DNA from: Catajapyx aquilonaris
Lineage: Eukaryota
DNA length: 64,000 nucleotides
Reading direction: 5' to 3'
NCBI GenBank assembly: GCA_000934665.2
Contig: KZ538835.1
Coordinates: 1-64,000 of the forward strand
Made by a program: the position numbers and the translations under genes. The notes beneath the pieces are model-generated. The model did not search any database. It was given only the letters and a program-made list of their open reading frames with translations, and was not told where the DNA came from. Positions 25,981-39,961 of the stretch are shown here, piece by piece (within the stretch, counting starts at the first letter, position 1; each line of letters begins with the position of its first letter).

Positions 25981-28900
25981 TCAGTTATTATTCCTCTCTT
26001 GCACTGGTTTCGGCTGTACCCTGGCTGGTAATGGTGGGAGAGCCCCCCCTTGTCTGGTTGGGATTGGGGGTGGCTCCCCTCTTCGGGTGGGTGGCGTTGG
26101 GGGAGCAACAGGTTCGGTGGACACTTGAGGTGGTGGGGGTGGAGGTTGTGAAGGCGGCGGACCAGATCTGGGTGGAATTGGTGGGCAAACTGGCCCAGGA
26201 GGAGGTGCAGGTGGAGCCTCTCTTGGTGGCTGACTAGTGGGATCATTGGAAGATGGTTTTGAGTTGTCTTCAACAGCATTGTTGGTTGGTTGGAACAAAG
26301 GAGAATCTATGATAGGGGATATTGCAATAGCAGTGGGGCGCTTTGGTGGAGGTGTCCTCTCTACTTGCAGTTCAGTTGTGGGGTGATTTACAGCTGCTGG
26401 ACGTGAAGGAGGGGCTTTACTGGCTGCAGGGACACTGAACACTCCTGCCTGAAGGAGGGAACAGAAAAAGTGCATTAAACTCTACAAAAGATGACAATGT
26501 TAATTACAATTTGGTTAGTAACCATATCATTAGGTTTTTAATATGTGGATGTTTCCTTACGTCACTGAAGAATAAAGATAATGTCAAAGTGAATAGAAAA
26601 ATAGCATTTGAGTTTAAAAAGAAAAGTCATCCTGCTAGTGAAACCTCCCCATTACGGACCCTGGATATAGCGGAAACCTATCCATTGCAGAATTTTTTCT
26701 GGGAAAGGGCATATCCATAGGGCATGCAACGTATTTTTTGACGGATATTACGGAACATGCCCAATGCAGAAACAGAAGGGATTTTTGTCTCCCTTCAAAG
26801 AAAATCCCTGTTCATAACAGAAATCAAAAGGTTCACATTATCTCCTGCAAAAATAGAAACTACAGCCAGGTTCACTCCCTCCCCTCCCAGGAGGCCTCTG
26901 AGTGACCCTTTTTGGAGCGTCCTTTCACCATGCTGTGTCTCCTAATTGCTGGAATTGCTATCGGCCAGTGACCTTAAATATATTCGAGAGGAAAGGGGAC
27001 AATTTTTGGTTGGAAAACGGAAATGCGGCTTGTTGAGGGCCGAAGAAGATTGTGACTCATGATTCATAGGTGCTCTGCCTTCAAGTTCACTGTCCAGTCC
27101 AGTTTTAAAATGTAGGGGAAGAGGAAGGGGTTGACAAAGGCTCTACACGTTGCTCGTGTCTGGGCAGATGGTCCAAAAGAGCAGGCAAAATTAATAGCCC
27201 AAAAACTTGGAATGGCAAAACCTAGTGTTTCAAATGGGGTGGCTGGAAAGTTTCTGCAACAGGCATAGAATTTTGTGGAAAAAAGTGTGTGGTGTATATG
27301 TGGTAAACTGATTTTGCACCATACTGAAGGTAAGGTGCCTATTTTTGCTCTCCCGATTTTCCTCTCTTTCTCACTGGCAAAAAAACTTAGTCGAGTCTTT
27401 GATCTGCATATAGCGGAAACCTGTCCATTACGGAAATTTTTTAGGGTCCCATGCAATTCCGTAATACACAGGTTTCACAGTAGTACAAGCAACTCACTCT
27501 GGGAGGCTGCTTTTTGATAACTGGAGGTGAGGCAGATGCAGGTGGAGGTGGACGAGAGGGTGGACCAGGTCGAAGTGGAGGAGTTCTGTTCCTCTCTATC
27601 CCATCCTCCACTGGAGTGGATCTGCCTGACAGGCTGGTTGCATACACCCTTTCTGTAAAATACAATGAAACAGTTCACTTTGAGCAGACGCAAACCTTCA
27701 TTTCTTCTGACTTTACCTTCAAGTGGTTCTTCACTTGGGGTATCATGGTGATGAATGGAATCCAAATCTAATTCTTCAGGTTCACTTAATGGCACAGTGT
27801 TATTGGAGCATAGTTTGAGTTCCTTCTGGACAATAGTGGGCCAGTCCTCACTCCGTAACTTCAATTTCAGGAGATGCCCTGATATCTGCAAGGGCCGAAA
27901 AATATTGGTCAATGTAAACATAAGTGTCAACATTCGGAAGTATTTGTTCTCAGTTAAATTATTACGAAACACACATACCAAAAAAAATTACAGTATTAGC
28001 ATGTCCACCAGCAATACTTCACTGAACATGAAATGATCCAAGAAAATAATACCTGTAATTCATCTTTCTTAACAGCAGCCAAGGCACACTGTCCATCCCT
28101 GAATGTGATCCACATGGTGTCCTCCACAAACCGTATCAGTATCACCTCACCATATTGTGACAAATCACTCAGCAGTTCATTCATAAATTCATCATCAAAG
28201 ATGCTGTATGCATCCTCTGCAGCATCTTCATCTGCCACCTGAAATTATGAAAATATCCCAATGCTTTTCAAATATCAAGCATAAGAGTATCAAAAATTTA
28301 AATACCTGAGCTTTCCAATAATTTGCTGTATGGTATTTTGCTAATGCGGCACTTTCAATTATACAAGGTCATTGAAAATAATAATAATAATGGACTCCCA
28401 TTGTAGACTTTTTCGAGAAAAAAAGTCTTATAGAATGGCACTGTCTGTCTGTCTGTGGACAGGTATCAGACAGACAGACAGCCGTGCTATAAGAATTTAT
28501 ACATTGGATGAGAAAAGGTCTAAATGATGGGTTTGCTAGGGTAGATTTTTTAAAGGGGAAAGGGGCGGTCTGGGGGTGGGAGGAGGGAGGGGGTTTGGGT
28601 TTATTATGAAGCCAAAGCAACTATGAATATCTCTATAGAAGACGCAAAGGTGGGACAGAAGATGGAGACAGAAATGAAGAGGAAAAAGAAGAGAGGAAGA
28701 CTGGTTTCTCTCTTATTGTTAGTCTGTCTCCATCTGAAAGACTTGTCTGACTTGGGTGGCCCTACCAGTAGACGAAGCTACCACTGGCGTAGCTCTTGGG
28801 GTCAAGGGAGAAATTCAAAACCCACCACCATGATAAGATGAAGATATCATCAGGGAGAGGGAAGGGAAAAAGGGTGATCTAGGGGAGGAGGCGACACGGC

Positions 28901-31900
28901 AGGGGGACTGGGAGGTCAAGGGGAATGGGACGGTCAGGGGAGAATGGGCGGTTTCATGGATGAGACGTACATCATGTACATCATCAAGAACACTATGTGT
29001 GATGTAAAGACCCGTCACCTCCAGCACCTATGAGATAGGATGGCAATGGTAACTCCAGATATCATTGGGCAGGTTGGACATGAGGCCGAAAACAGTCTTT
29101 TTAAATCTTCCGAGCCACAAATTAAGCTCATATCGAAACAAACTAAGGTGAGACCAAAGCGTTAGACCTTTCTTAGCATTGCAAAACTTAAATCATTTAG
29201 GTACGTTTAGAAGTTTTAGAGTTATAGGGTTTTTAAAATGGGACATTCTTTTTTGATGACCCTGTATTAATTTTTATTATCTTTGGTGCTTGCCTTGCAC
29301 TTATGGCATGAGGTGATGCACACATAAACTTAGTCCGAGTCATCAGATGCCATATTGTTACTTATGCATCATTTTGTTCATCCTAGCACTATTGCATACA
29401 TAATGTATGAGAGTAATGGTCGTATAAGAAGATAAACATACTTCATGACGCATTTACATGTGAGTGATTTGATCAGCGATGTTATTGCTGATCAAATGAC
29501 TCCTGTGTAAATGCAGCTTTAAGGCTTTTATATGCACTAGCAGGTGAACAAAGACTACATTGCCTTCCGGTCATGGTCTGGAACCTGTCCTACTAGAGAG
29601 GTGTGCCTGTATTGTAATTACGCAGAGTGCATCATAAGTAAATTAAAGCCTACCTGAACCACAACAGTGGCATCAGGTGGTCCCAAATGCTGGATGACAT
29701 CCTGAAATACGACTGATCTTCTCCTTTCCTCAACTACAAGCACTTCCACATCTAGCACTGCTATCACAGGACGATGGTCACTCTGTTTCAAACCAGCACA
29801 TCCATAGTGGTACAAGGTGCCTGGGTTCCACGTAGATGGCAAATCTGTATTCAAATGGTCTCTTAGAGTCTGGGAACAAAATGTGGTAGCAAAATACTGG
29901 CCTGCATCTGGAACCATCTTCCTGCGCCTCCAGAGAACTCTGTCAGTCCAAGCAGGAACACGGCACTTCTCACTTGTATCGTAGTCTTCGGAGAAGAGAT
30001 CATACTTGTAGGTGGGTGCAAAATTTATATCACCTTCTAGAAAATTCTTAAAGCAGTTTCCTGCTGCTTGCTGAACCTGAAAAAGCAATAAGCTGCTAAA
30101 GAGTGTCGTTCAGAAATTGGCTGACAATAACAGGAATTAGCATGATCCTGGCACTGTTACATGTCACTCAACTAGAAGTAACATTAATAAAGGCTACTTC
30201 AGGCTACTTACACCCAAGACCAGTTTATCACACATTGGCAAAGCAGTTTATGACTGCTGACTTTTGAGTGTTTTGCAGCAGTAATGAAATTTGTGTGGCT
30301 ATTTCACTTGCAAGAAATCAGTCTTTTTGACTCTGCTTAAACTCGGTTTAGGCTACTTCATTGGCCATGCTTTTGAGTTGTTGACATTTCTGGCATTCTG
30401 ACTGCCAGTATGCTGTAGTTTAATTTACTAATTAGCCTACACAAGTGTAACTTAAATACTATGCGAAGCAGGTCCAGTGTCACTGTAATAAGCAGTGTTT
30501 CTCTAAAAGATCTAAGGTTTCTCCCCTTCCCATTCCATTTGCCTAAAGACCAGGAGGATACGACTCCAGGAAGTTATTGAAAAAGTTCACAATTCAGATA
30601 TTATATCAGCAAAGTTTATTAAATCTTGACTGAACAGTAAGTACCCGTTTTACACCCACAATTGGTCCCATCAACATAGTGGCATAAAGTGAATCGACAT
30701 AAAACGAAACAAAATTATAATGTAAGTGAATGGGATAGGTTCCAAAATGTCCAAAATTTTCCCATAGACAACACTAATATTGCTGTTTTTAAAGAAATAT
30801 TTGAAACATTTATTACACACATTTAATGGAAGAAAACAGGTTGAGGATTATTGGGTTCTGAGGGCTCCTTTCCCTTCAACGGCAAAATTTAAGTACATGC
30901 AGGGTATTATTTTAACGACGGTTAGAGTACTTCGGGGAATGCTGAGACCAACAATACTGTACTGTACCTATAGATAGACCCCATCACAATCCACGATGAA
31001 AAATAAACAGGAGCCTTTACAGCCATGTGTTTGGACTCGTAAGTGTTGCAGTGATGTGTTTATGTTTAGATTGTGTTATCTTCACATTTTTGACAATTTT
31101 CCGCTCGAAGAAATTTCAAATGCAATTTTCAAACTGGCGTTAATGTGAAACGGCGTAAAATGAAGTGGCGTAAAAAGGGTACTGGTACTTACTGTATTAA
31201 AGACTATCATGAATTTTTCAGAGGATATCCATATTCTACATGTAAAGACTTAACAAAAATCTGACAACTTACTCGAAGCTGGTCACATTTCAACAGCTCA
31301 TCCCATTCTCGCTTTTTGATGTGGTCTTTCACTTCATCCCTATCCATATCAACTCTATAGTTGAAGTCCCCACACCAGAATATGTAGTCATGTGAGTTCA
31401 GTGTTCTTCCCTGAAATGACAAGCATCAAACGACATATCTGTAACATCACACAAGAACAAGAATTTACCATGGGGAAAATAATCTTTCTTGTAATTTCAG
31501 AATAGTCCGCATTCCTCTCATTGACCTGTGACTGCCCTGCTGCAAAATGGGCACACACAAAGCACATAGATGTGCTATGCATCACAAAACGAATGGCAAC
31601 AGCCCCCTTGTTTCCTGCAAGTGAAAAATCCGGTTGAAACCCATGAAACATGTCCATAATTCTAAGATCTTACCTGTTGCACCTCCAAGACCAGTCTTGA
31701 CTGAATCAGTAGCTACATCCTTGATATGTGGTACATGCTCTGGTTTTACGAAAATATAGAGGCACACACCAACCAACTGAACTGAGGTAAGTGGAATGTA
31801 CTGCTGCTCTCTGGACAGAACTTTCTTCAGTTCATCACCCCAAAGCTTGGCATTCTCGGTGCTGTAGAAACAATCATATTGACAATTTTACACATTCAAA

Positions 31901-34900
31901 ATCAAAATCGAAATTATTACCTGGCAGCTACAATGTTGCTTGCATTGAGGTCAACCATTTCCTCAAAACCTATTGCAAATATATCTGGTGATGTATCATC
32001 ATCTTGGACATTAGCTATATCAACTAGTGCTAAAATAAAAACACAAAAGAGATGAAATTAGTGCTTTCAACAGTCAAAAAAGGTTCTTCACAATATATTT
32101 ACTGCATGCCATCATAATAGGCAAGCCTTGCCTGATCAAAATCTATTTGTAAATTTTTATTAACACATCATACTACATGTAAATAAACCTAACTCAACTC
32201 ACACGAAGATCGTGCAATTTTTGGTGCATCTAAGAGCCAGTCTGCTAATGACACATCTTTGTAGACTACACTTCGAAAGTGCTTCCCTCCATTGACATTA
32301 TATGTGCCCACAGAAATCCTGATGTTCATTGGATATGTATACTCATCATTTCTTTTGCACATGCCTCTCAGTACACTTGTTGGTGCTGCAATGCAATCCA
32401 AACAAATTGATACCCATTAGTACAATGTATAAGATGAAGATAATCCCTCCATGTACTTGCCTTGCAACATGTTGGACGGAAGCATAATCCTAGCCCTGTC
32501 AGCCAATTCACTGTTCAAGGTGCTACCAAGGAGAAGTATGTCAATGGCTTCCTGCTTGCTGTTGTCCAATAAGTTGTTTTGGATGGTTCGTGCTGCAGAG
32601 CGAGCTCCATCCATAAGCTTAAGAATGACAATTACACAAAATGTAATGTTGTTCAAAATACCAGGCATAAATTAAGTGTCTACTAACTTTGGAGCTTCCT
32701 TGAATGGCACCAGTACCAGCATATATTTTGCTTATCTCGTTTCCATTATTGATCCACATCTGCCGAAACACTTCCTCAAAACGAGACACTGTTTGTTGCT
32801 TATCTGTTAAACCCATTAAGTAGAGCTGTTGTCCCAGCAACTGAAAAAAAATATTTTTTCAACGTATTATTTACTCCATTATCTCAAGTCCTAATCAATT
32901 TTCTAGACACAAACTCACTTCAAGCCCAAAGAAAGTCTGGACACAATTAGTTCTATCCAGGCAATCCAAACAGTTTGTCCTAATACAACCTTTCTGTGTC
33001 CTGAAAAAAATATCACTTCCCTTACTGCAAATGTCTCATTGATTTGATTAATGCATTCTTTTAAAATAAGGAATGCTTACATTAGAACCTCGTCATTTCT
33101 GCAAGCAAAGACACCAAAGGCATCCAGGTATTTTTTCACCTTAGACTTCAACCTGGACAGGTTTTTGGTATTTCCTCCTCTACATTCTTGATGGTAGTCA
33201 AATAAAATGTGGGGAACTGTAGTTTTATGAGGTCCAGCTTTATGATGGATCTATAAATATGTTAGCATAAGTCAAAAACAATGCACATACATAATTTAAA
33301 TAACCACCATTACCTGGAACAACTGGCTTAACATTGCTTCTCCTTCTTTGCTGCCAATCATATTAGAACCCAAAAGATTTACAATAACTTGATGCCCATA
33401 TCGCTCTTTCAGAACATCCATGTGACGATCAAAAGCAGCAGAAGAGGCGTCTGAACCTCTTGACAGTTTAACTTTGTGTGAACCAACCTTTAATATTAAA
33501 AATTAATATTAGCAACATTCCCAAAAAGATTTTTATTTCCTGCCAGTATAAAATGACTGTTACCTGTACTCCTGGTTGTTCCCAAAACAGTGGGACTGAA
33601 CCTCGTGTTTGTAGAAAGGAAGACACTTCATGCTCCAGGTAGATGACCTGCTCTGTTTCCACAAAGTTTGCAACATGGCCTTCATCATTGGTACCACGTA
33701 CATTAAACCTGATCATAATACCATTGTTGCAGAAATTATTATGCAAAGTTGCAAAAAGTGTTGTTAATACCTTGTTCCTGCCCTTTCACAGCTAAGTCTG
33801 GATATAATGGCAGCCTTCGCTTGTCGATTTCCAACATAAACAGTCCTAACTTCAACACTACCACAAGTAGCCTTTATCAGCCAGTGTGAGCAGCTTACTC
33901 CAAACCGCAACAAGTGTATATGTAGCATACGATTCCTTAGGTAAGAAAATGAAATAATTCATAATTATCTGATATTATAATGATTCCCAGCTATACTTAC
34001 CAGAAAAATCTGTTATCAGTCTCATGAACTTTAGTCTTCCTTTGTTCACAGAGGGTTAAGTCCAGAGGGTCACCAGAGTGTGACCATGTGAAGTAAAATG
34101 TGCCTGAATTCAACACTTTCCTCACTTCTGCAACTCTCTCTTCATCTTGAAGTTGATTCCGCAAAGATATAAAGGACGTCTGCATTATGCGAAATATTTC
34201 AGAATCTCCTATCTTTGCTACTGATACACATCCTGTTACTAGCACCAAGTAGAGCACTGTATTATCCCCTGCAATTAAAATTGGGATTAGCATATGCTGT
34301 TTATCTCATGAAGTTGACTAGCAAATGTGTTGCTATTGAACATGACCACTACCTGCAGTGGGTCCTGTCAGCACAAATATTAAGACAAATTGTTATTACT
34401 TCATAATTCCATGCTCAGTCAACAGTGACAACTTACCAACATTCAATTGCATAACCCCCAAGCAACCATATCCATCTTGCAACATTGTGTACTGCTTTTT
34501 AATTGCAGATGTCTCCTGAGTGGCTGTAAAAAATTTAAAAACCTTTAATTTTTTTATACACATACATCCAGTGTATACCCAAGAATCACTCCTGTCATTT
34601 ATCTTTAAATACAGGAAGTCTCTTACTCCACAAAAATCTGATTAACAGCTACATTTGGCAATGCGTGAATTGCAGGGGTGGTTTCACATGACACATGATA
34701 TTATTACGTAACTTGAGCATACACGACAACAAGTTTGTTAATGCATCCTTCTTCCTGATATAAAATCATTGAAGCCCTACAACAGACAACATGCAATGTA
34801 GTATGTAGATATATCATTCCACAACATGAAATCTCTAGATACAAGATTGTAACGTTACTCATGATGGCTAAACTCACTTGTGATTGCCAACAGTTTATAG

Positions 34901-35753
34901 CAGTAAGGAAAGCAATATATTGTACAACTTGAAACACATCAACTTATGTTAAAGGTAGTTCTAAAATGGCTTAAATGTTATACATTACAAGAGTAACTTG
35001 CACAAATTACTTGCTACATGAAAAGTAGAGAATTAAACAACCTTCACTTATCCGCTACTTCATGCTTCAAGGGCAAATTCTACTTGAAATTATGCGGATT
35101 GCCATCGCTACCCCTGAACCACGAGTCAATCCAATAAAATTTTAACCCTCTCATAACAGCTGTCCATCCCCAATCAATACGAATGAGATATACAACGCAA
35201 CATCACTTGGCCACAACACCTGAATCTGACACCTCACTAGGTCATACACCACATTGCCAGCATCCAGACTCAATTCGCCGTACTCTCAGCCTGGAATTCC
35301 AGGAACCAGTAAATCGACTCGCACATTCAATGCGACACCAAATTTTCAGATCCTACGTAACTTCTCTCAGGTGGTTACACCTACATGCTTGGACCCCATA
35401 AGTACCAGACTGTCTGAGTGTTACAAATAATTTGCATAAAAATCAGTTATTGGAATTTCGCTGGATGCCAGTATATTACACGGCACGTTTTGGCATTTTT
35501 AAAGTCTACGACAGTGGAGCGGTATGCAGTGATCACATGTCGCTTTCTGTTGCATGCACCTGCTGTACTGCAAGTGCATTGTCTTCTATGGTACAGACGT
35601 GCCTACATCTGTATACGTATACTTACAGAGGACTGCGACCGCCTGCGACTCGAACAGCAGCGTCTCATCCTTCCCCCTCTGCTCCAACAGGACGCTGTAC
35701 GGACTCGGAGGGGCGACCTTCTGGTAGGCCCTGAATCCCTTTCCCATCGCCAT
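25981..35753 (-). CDS. synj: Synaptojanin (SAC1 + inositol 5-phosphatase + RRM-like + proline-rich tail), 21 coding exons
   Basis: Starts [27 protein letters not shown]1 motifs [21 protein letters not shown] and [12 protein letters not shown]; 5-phosphatase motifs [10 protein letters not shown] and FAPTYKYD...[11 protein letters not shown]; PxxP-rich last exons. Two introns need GC donors. Confidence 0.97.
26637..27480. mobile_element. Degenerate non-autonomous DNA transposon (pogo/Tc1-like ends) in the last synaptojanin intron
   Basis: Inverted ends GTGAAACCTnnnnATTACGGA / TCCGTAATnnnnAGGTTTCAC, plus a direct repeat ATATAGCGGAAACCTRTCCATTRCRGAA at ~26665 and ~27408. Confidence 0.55.
28715..28840 (-). 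mobile_element. RTE-clade (BovB-like) LINE 5' fragment
   Basis: Minus strand reads ...ATGGTGGTGGG...GACCCCAAGAGCTACGCCAGTGGTAGCT...GGTAGGGCCACCCAAGTCAGACAAGTC...GGAGACAGACTAA, resembling the RTE/BovB 5' region as recalled (GCAGGGCCACCCAAGACGGAC). Confidence 0.55.
30635..31194. mobile_element. pogo/Tigger-like MITE in a synaptojanin intron
   Basis: Terminal inverted repeats CAGTAAGTACC...GGTACTTACTG followed by TA, with subterminal GGCGTAAAA repeats. Confidence 0.65.
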
Positions 35754-36986
35754 GTTGCCCTGGGTCAGATGTTATTCCTCCGGAGCGACACAAGAGCCGA
35801 CCAGCAGTCCCCCTGAAATGGCCTGTCTCGCCCCCTACAACACTTATTCGATTCTCTCATGCCCCCAAAGGCTCGCTCCCACACCGCTTCACACCACCCT
35901 GTACATCCAACCCTAGCTTGAGAGCGAGTCTACGTCGGGCCAATCAGCTGGGTGGCCTGTGGCGGCGGAAAGATTCAAACCTGTTCAAACTGTGTTCCAT
36001 TTTAGAGAGGACTGAGAGATGCAGAGCCTTTTGGAACCTTTGGAACACTTGCTGGGGAGCTTCATGAGGGTAGTGCTGGAGAGGATGCCTTACCACCTTT
36101 TGGTATGTCACTAATCATTGCCAGTTAGACTCGTCTTGAGTTTGGGGACGTAATGTATTACAAGGTTCCAATCATAGTGTTTCTGCTGGTCGAGGTAGTA
36201 GCTGCTTGTCCTTTTGAGGCACTGGTTGATCGCGATTAGAAACCAACTAGGAAAATCAACCAAGACTATTCTCGAACAGCAGTTAATTCTTTCAAAACCA
36301 TGCGGTTGAATCTGCAGATTTTTTCAAAGATTTTTGACAATGTTCCGGATTGTACCAAATATTTCCCCTGAACACGGTTCAAAATTCAACTAACCTCGTC
36401 TCAGAGTGCAAGTACATGCCTGCTGACTGCTGAGTATTACCGACAGGACTTGCTAATTGTTATCAAATAGTTTTTTTTTGTAAACCTGTGGGCTGTGTCC
36501 TATAATATCACATGTTACTGATTGACAATACTTTGTGGGGAGCAATTTCAATTGTTGGCATAATTTGGCAGTTGTTCCAAATTAGGGCCTACTCCTATTT
36601 GAAGAGAATTTTCCTCTTTTTTTTTACTTCTCCTTCTGCATTCCCCAATATCCGTAACTAATTTCAGAACCTATATCGACAGTATCTAAGGGCAGCATGC
36701 TGCCTACTTCTATAAAGTGACGTGAACACTGACTTCCCCCGCCCCACGGCCAATTAATAAACAAAGACAGTGGTCCAGTAAAAGGTGACTGGTTAGAACT
36801 TTAATGACTTAGTAACCGAAAGGAGGAGTCGTCCGAAAGTATACTTTGGAGTTATTGAGTAAAGTTACATGTCCATTTGTGATCCTTTTTTTGTGTGATC
36901 TTGTCTATAACTTGGTACGTTAGAATTTAAGATATCGGGGTGGGTGAGGGTGCTGGTACGAGGGTGCTGCATGGGTTCGATTTTAT

Positions 36987-39842
36987 TTAGTCGACTTCTT
37001 CGACTGTGGGCCCCTTGTTGGCCCCACTGTGGCTGCTGCTGGTGCTGCTGTTACCAGCACTGGGTGCGGATGACCCTCCAGCGCTGTGCAGTCGCAGCAT
37101 GAGGTCCTTGCACTCATTCTGGATCTCCTTAAGTTTGTACTCGTACTCCGCCTTCTCCGCCAGCTGGTTGTCGTCCAGCCACTGGAGAACCTTCCTGCAC
37201 TTCTCCACCACCGTGGTCTTATCACTCTCGCTGATCTTTCCATTGGGAGCGTCCTCCACGGCCTGCTTCACCCCGAAGACGTACCCTTCCAGCTGGTTTC
37301 TAGCCGTGACCCTCTCCTTCTGCTTCTCGTCCTCTTCTCTGTACTTGTCCGCCTCGGACAGCATACGGTCTATCTCGGCCTGGCTCAGACGGCCCTTGTC
37401 GTTCTGAATGGTTATCTTGTTGGATCGTCCAGTGCTGGTGTCCAGGGCGTTTACGTTCAGGATGCCGTTGGCATCGATGTCAAAAGTGACGTCGATCTTT
37501 GGCACGCCTCGAGGAGCTGGAGGGATCCCGGTCAGGTTGAAGTTCCCCAGGAGATTATTGTCCTTGGTCATGGCTCGCTCACCTTCGAACACCTGGCAAG
37601 GAGCAGAAAGTGGGTGTCAACAAAGTTCATAAAAATCATTGGAATCATCGAGAGGTATACTGTAAGCCATGTTACCTGCACGGTGACGGCGTTCTGGTTG
37701 TCCGAATACGTGGTGAACGTCTTTGTCTGCTTGCACGGAATACGAGAGTTCCTCTCTATCAGCTTAGTCATAACCCCACCGGCTGTCTCGATGCCCATGG
37801 ACAGTGGAGCCACGTCCACCAGAAGCACGTCCTGGATGTTGGAGCTCTCGACTCCGGTGAGGATGGCCGCCTGCACAGCCGCTCCGTACGCCACAGCCTC
37901 GTCCGGGTTGATGCTCTTGTTCAGCTCCTTCCCGTTGAAGAAGTCCTGCAGCATCTTCTGTATCTTGGGGATGCGGGTGGACCCCCCGACCAGGACCACC
38001 TCGTGGATGATGCACTTGTCCATCTTGGCGTCGTTCAGGGCCCTTTCCACAGGCTGCAGGGTCGAGCGGAACAGGTCCATGCACAGCTCCTCGAACCGAG
38101 CGCGAGTTATCTGCATCAGGAGAGACCATCAATTAAGACCAGTGGTAACTTTTAGAATGGAGCACAATTTCACCCACCTTGGAATAAAAGTCGATGCCGT
38201 CGTGAAGAGCGTCTATCTCGACGCTCCCCTCTGTGCTTGATGAGAGGGCCCGCTTCGCCTTTTCGCATGCGGTGCGAAGCCTCCGCAACGCACGTGCGTT
38301 GTGCCTGAGATCCTTCTTGAACTTCCTCTGGAACTCCTCCACGAAGAAGGTGACCACCCGGTTGTCAAAGTCCTCCCCTCCCAGATGGGTGTCCCCTGCG
38401 GTGGACTTGACCTCGAAGAGCGAGCCTTCGTCGATGGTCAGCACGGACACGTCGAATGTGCCTCCGCCCAGGTCGAAGATGAGGACGTTCTTCTCGCCCT
38501 TCAGGTCCTTGTCCAGCCCGTAGGCCAGGGCTGCCGCCGTGGGCTCGTTGATGATCCGGAGCACGTTGAGTCCAGCGATGACCCCTGCGTCCTTCGTGGC
38601 CTGCCTCTGGGAGTCGTTGAAGTAAGCCGGGACAGTCACGACGGCGTCGGTCACCGGCATGCCCAGATACGTCTCGGCCGTTTCCTTCATCTTGGTCAAC
38701 ACCATGGAGCTGATCTCCTCCGGGGCGAACCTCTTCCTCTCGCCCTTGTACTCCACCTCGATCTTGGGCTTACCGGCTTCATCGATCACGTCGAACGGCC
38801 AGTGCTTCAGGTCTTCCTGGATCTTGGGGTCGTCGAAACGCCTCCCAATCAGACGCTTAGCGTCGAACACTGTGTTCTTTGGATTCATCGCCACCTGTCG
38901 AGGCAAAGTTATTCATAACCTGTACGTCCCAGCTACACATACAATGAAGCAGCTAATTTTAAATCACATTATATTACTGCACTGTCAAGAGGAGCTAAAA
39001 GGAACAAGTTATGGATTGTTTACCGCGGCAATCAGTGTGTGGCAAGCAGTATATATTAACGCCCCTGGTGGGGTATATTGTTACTTCCAACCTGATGCTT
39101 CTATACGGTATACTTGAGCTGTTTGTTGGATTAAACGGCATTAAACAATCGATAACATCTTCACTTATACCCCTATTGAGGGACTATATAGGGACTTAGT
39201 GCGTCATAATGTATGACGCCCAAGAAACTGCAATACACACTTTCCACTTCGCAGAGAAATGGATGGCAAAGCTTGTTTTGACATTGGAAAGTATGTATGA
39301 TACACTGTACAGTACATGTGAGTTTTCTCATGGCAGATTACGACGTGCTCTGCTCATGTAGAAATAATAGAGCAAAACATGATTGTCTTCAGACCACTAA
39401 ACACGACAGGCGTTGGCAGCACTGTGTTCCCTTTCCTCTGAAGCACAAAGAGCCACACTAGCAATTATTTTTGAAGGTTAATAAGCGTCCAGTAAACAAA
39501 AGATTTTGCGGTACTCAAAAAAACCTTGTTTTTGAACCCAATAAGTTTTACGCACAATATTTGCATTGCCTCCTGCATAATTTGTCATACAGCTGTATGC
39601 ACATCTGTGTGTCATCCTTGGAAGAATTCGCTCTATGTGCAGTATAATTTTACTATGCGACTCACTTGGTTTTTGGCAGCGTCTCCGATGAGCCTCTCGG
39701 TGTCGGTGAAGGCGACATAACTAGGAGTGGTCCGATTCCCCTGGTCATTGGCGATGATTTCGACCTTTCCATGCTGCCACACACCGACACACGAGTATGT
39801 GGTGCCCAGATCAATGCCCACGGCAGGCGCCTTCTTGGCCAT
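36987..39842 (-). CDS. hsp70: Cytosolic heat shock protein 70, 644 aa, three phase-0 introns
   Basis: Exons 39842-39666, 38894-38178, 38110-37676 and 37592-36987. Signatures [22 protein letters not shown] and [15 protein letters not shown]-terminus GPTVEEVD. Confidence 0.98.
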
Positions 39843-39954
39843 CTTCCCTGCTCTTCAGCCGCCTCAGAGAGTTCCTTCCCAGCACCCTTCGGGTTCCTTC
39901 CTCCTGATGGGACGACCCGTGCACTTGTCCCCGATTCCTGTAGGCGTCCGGCAC

Positions 39955-39961
39955 ATTTATA
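39955..39961 (-). promoter_or_regulatory. TATA box of the HSP70 gene
   Basis: TATAAAT on the minus strand about 115 nt upstream of the ATG, in a GC-rich context. Confidence 0.65.

Noticed and set aside
25887..26279. Alternative-frame ORFs overlapping the last synaptojanin exon
   Set aside because: By-products of Pro-rich, stop-poor coding sequence.
37086..38918. Long plus-strand ORFs (384 aa and 205 aa) antisense to HSP70
   Set aside because: Known shadow ORFs produced by codon bias in GC-rich hsp70 genes. No independent domain or splice evidence.
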